This document shows, one piece after another, positions 63,745-64,000 of a DNA stretch of 64,000 nt (positions are counted from its first letter, which is position 1; each line of letters begins with the position of its first letter). This stretch comes from Bacteroidota bacterium (GTDB taxonomy: Bacteria > Bacteroidota > Ignavibacteria > Ignavibacteriales > Ignavibacteriaceae), in the NCBI GenBank assembly GCA_023453665.1, contig JAEXTA010000089.1, forward strand, positions 64,846-128,845, given 5' to 3'. The notes under the pieces are model-generated. The model saw nothing but the letters and a program-made list of their open reading frames with translations. It did no database searches and had not been told where the DNA came from. The translations under genes were made by a program, and so were the position numbers.

Positions 63745-63778
63745 AAAAAACCCCGACATTCACTGCCGGGGTTTATTT
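63745..63778. terminator. Bidirectional terminator hairpin
   Basis: Stem AACCCCG / CGGGGTT with an 11-nt loop, flanked by an A-run upstream and a T-run downstream, between convergent genes. Confidence 0.7.
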
Positions 63779-63793
63779 ACACATCAACTAATT

Positions 63794-64000
63794 TTATTTT
63801 ATCAGCAGCATCTTTCTTGTCTGAACAAAATCATTAGCGCTGAGTTTGTAAAAATAAACTCCGCTTGATAAATCAGCAGCATTGAAGATTATTTCATAGC
63901 CGCCTGATTGTTTAGTTTCATTTAACAACGTCATAACTTCCTGACCAATTGCATTATAAATTTTTAAAGTTACTAACTGGTCGGATGGAATTGAAAATTT
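63794..64000 (-). CDS. T9SS type-A C-terminal sorting domain, 3' end of a gene that continues beyond the window
   Basis: My reverse-strand translation ends ...GYEIIFNAADLSSGVYFYKLSANDFVQTRKMLLIK with the stop at 63794-63796. Not in the supplied ORF track. Confidence 0.75.
   Translation of the reverse strand, partial: KFSIPSDQLVTLKIYNAIGQEVMTLLNETKQSGGYEIIFNAADLSSGVYFYKLSANDFVQTRKMLLIK

Noticed and set aside
1-64000. Looked for rRNA, tRNA, CRISPR arrays, integrases, phage structural genes and toxin-antitoxin pairs.
   Set aside because: No intergenic segment shows tRNA-like cloverleaf potential or rRNA-like sequence that I could recognise. No direct-repeat/spacer arrays and no integrase or recombinase ORFs other than the Y1 transposase-like gene were found. 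Absence is by eye only, without covariance-model searches.

Overview
AT-rich window (roughly 35-40% GC by eye), apparently chromosomal, from a bacterium that uses a type IX secretion system. Ten genes end in the type-A T9SS C-terminal sorting domain ('NYPNPFNP...KKMILIK'), which points to the FCB group (Ignavibacteria/Bacteroidota-like); this placement is inference. All product calls come from motifs I recognise in the supplied translations, since no database search was possible.

Layout:
- 1-19.9 kb: mixed housekeeping and accessory genes. These are GNATs, DinB, dCMP deaminase, a MalT-like LuxR regulator, MFS, an overlapping kynA-kynU pair, a DUF853/HerA-like ATPase, YidB, a gluzincin-like exported protein, an orphan SF2 helicase with a hydrophobic C-terminal hairpin, and a DUF134/NifX-like pair.
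- 20-35 kb: two paralogous modules on the minus strand, each with a PF07638-type ECF sigma factor and a membrane Ser/Thr kinase carrying an extracytoplasmic TPR domain. Five T9SS-exported beta-propeller proteins are interleaved with them.
- 36-50 kb: a propeller-type HisKA_3 sensor kinase, a NarL-type regulator, a CheY-like receiver and two giant paralogous T9SS proteins. The giants share an unassigned Cys/His/Asp (papain-like) core. An IS200-like/RAYT transposase with flanking REP-like repeats sits between kinase and regulator.
- 50-64 kb: racemase, dienelactone hydrolase, tandem DUF6090-like genes, an AmpG-like MFS, a run of small exported proteins, a 1418-aa hybrid two-component (HTCS-like) regulator and more T9SS cargo.

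Two families of small palindromic elements recur, and copies lie in-frame inside coding sequence: in T9SS sorting domains and in an HATPase domain. I saw no rRNA, tRNA, CRISPR array, integrase or prophage genes.
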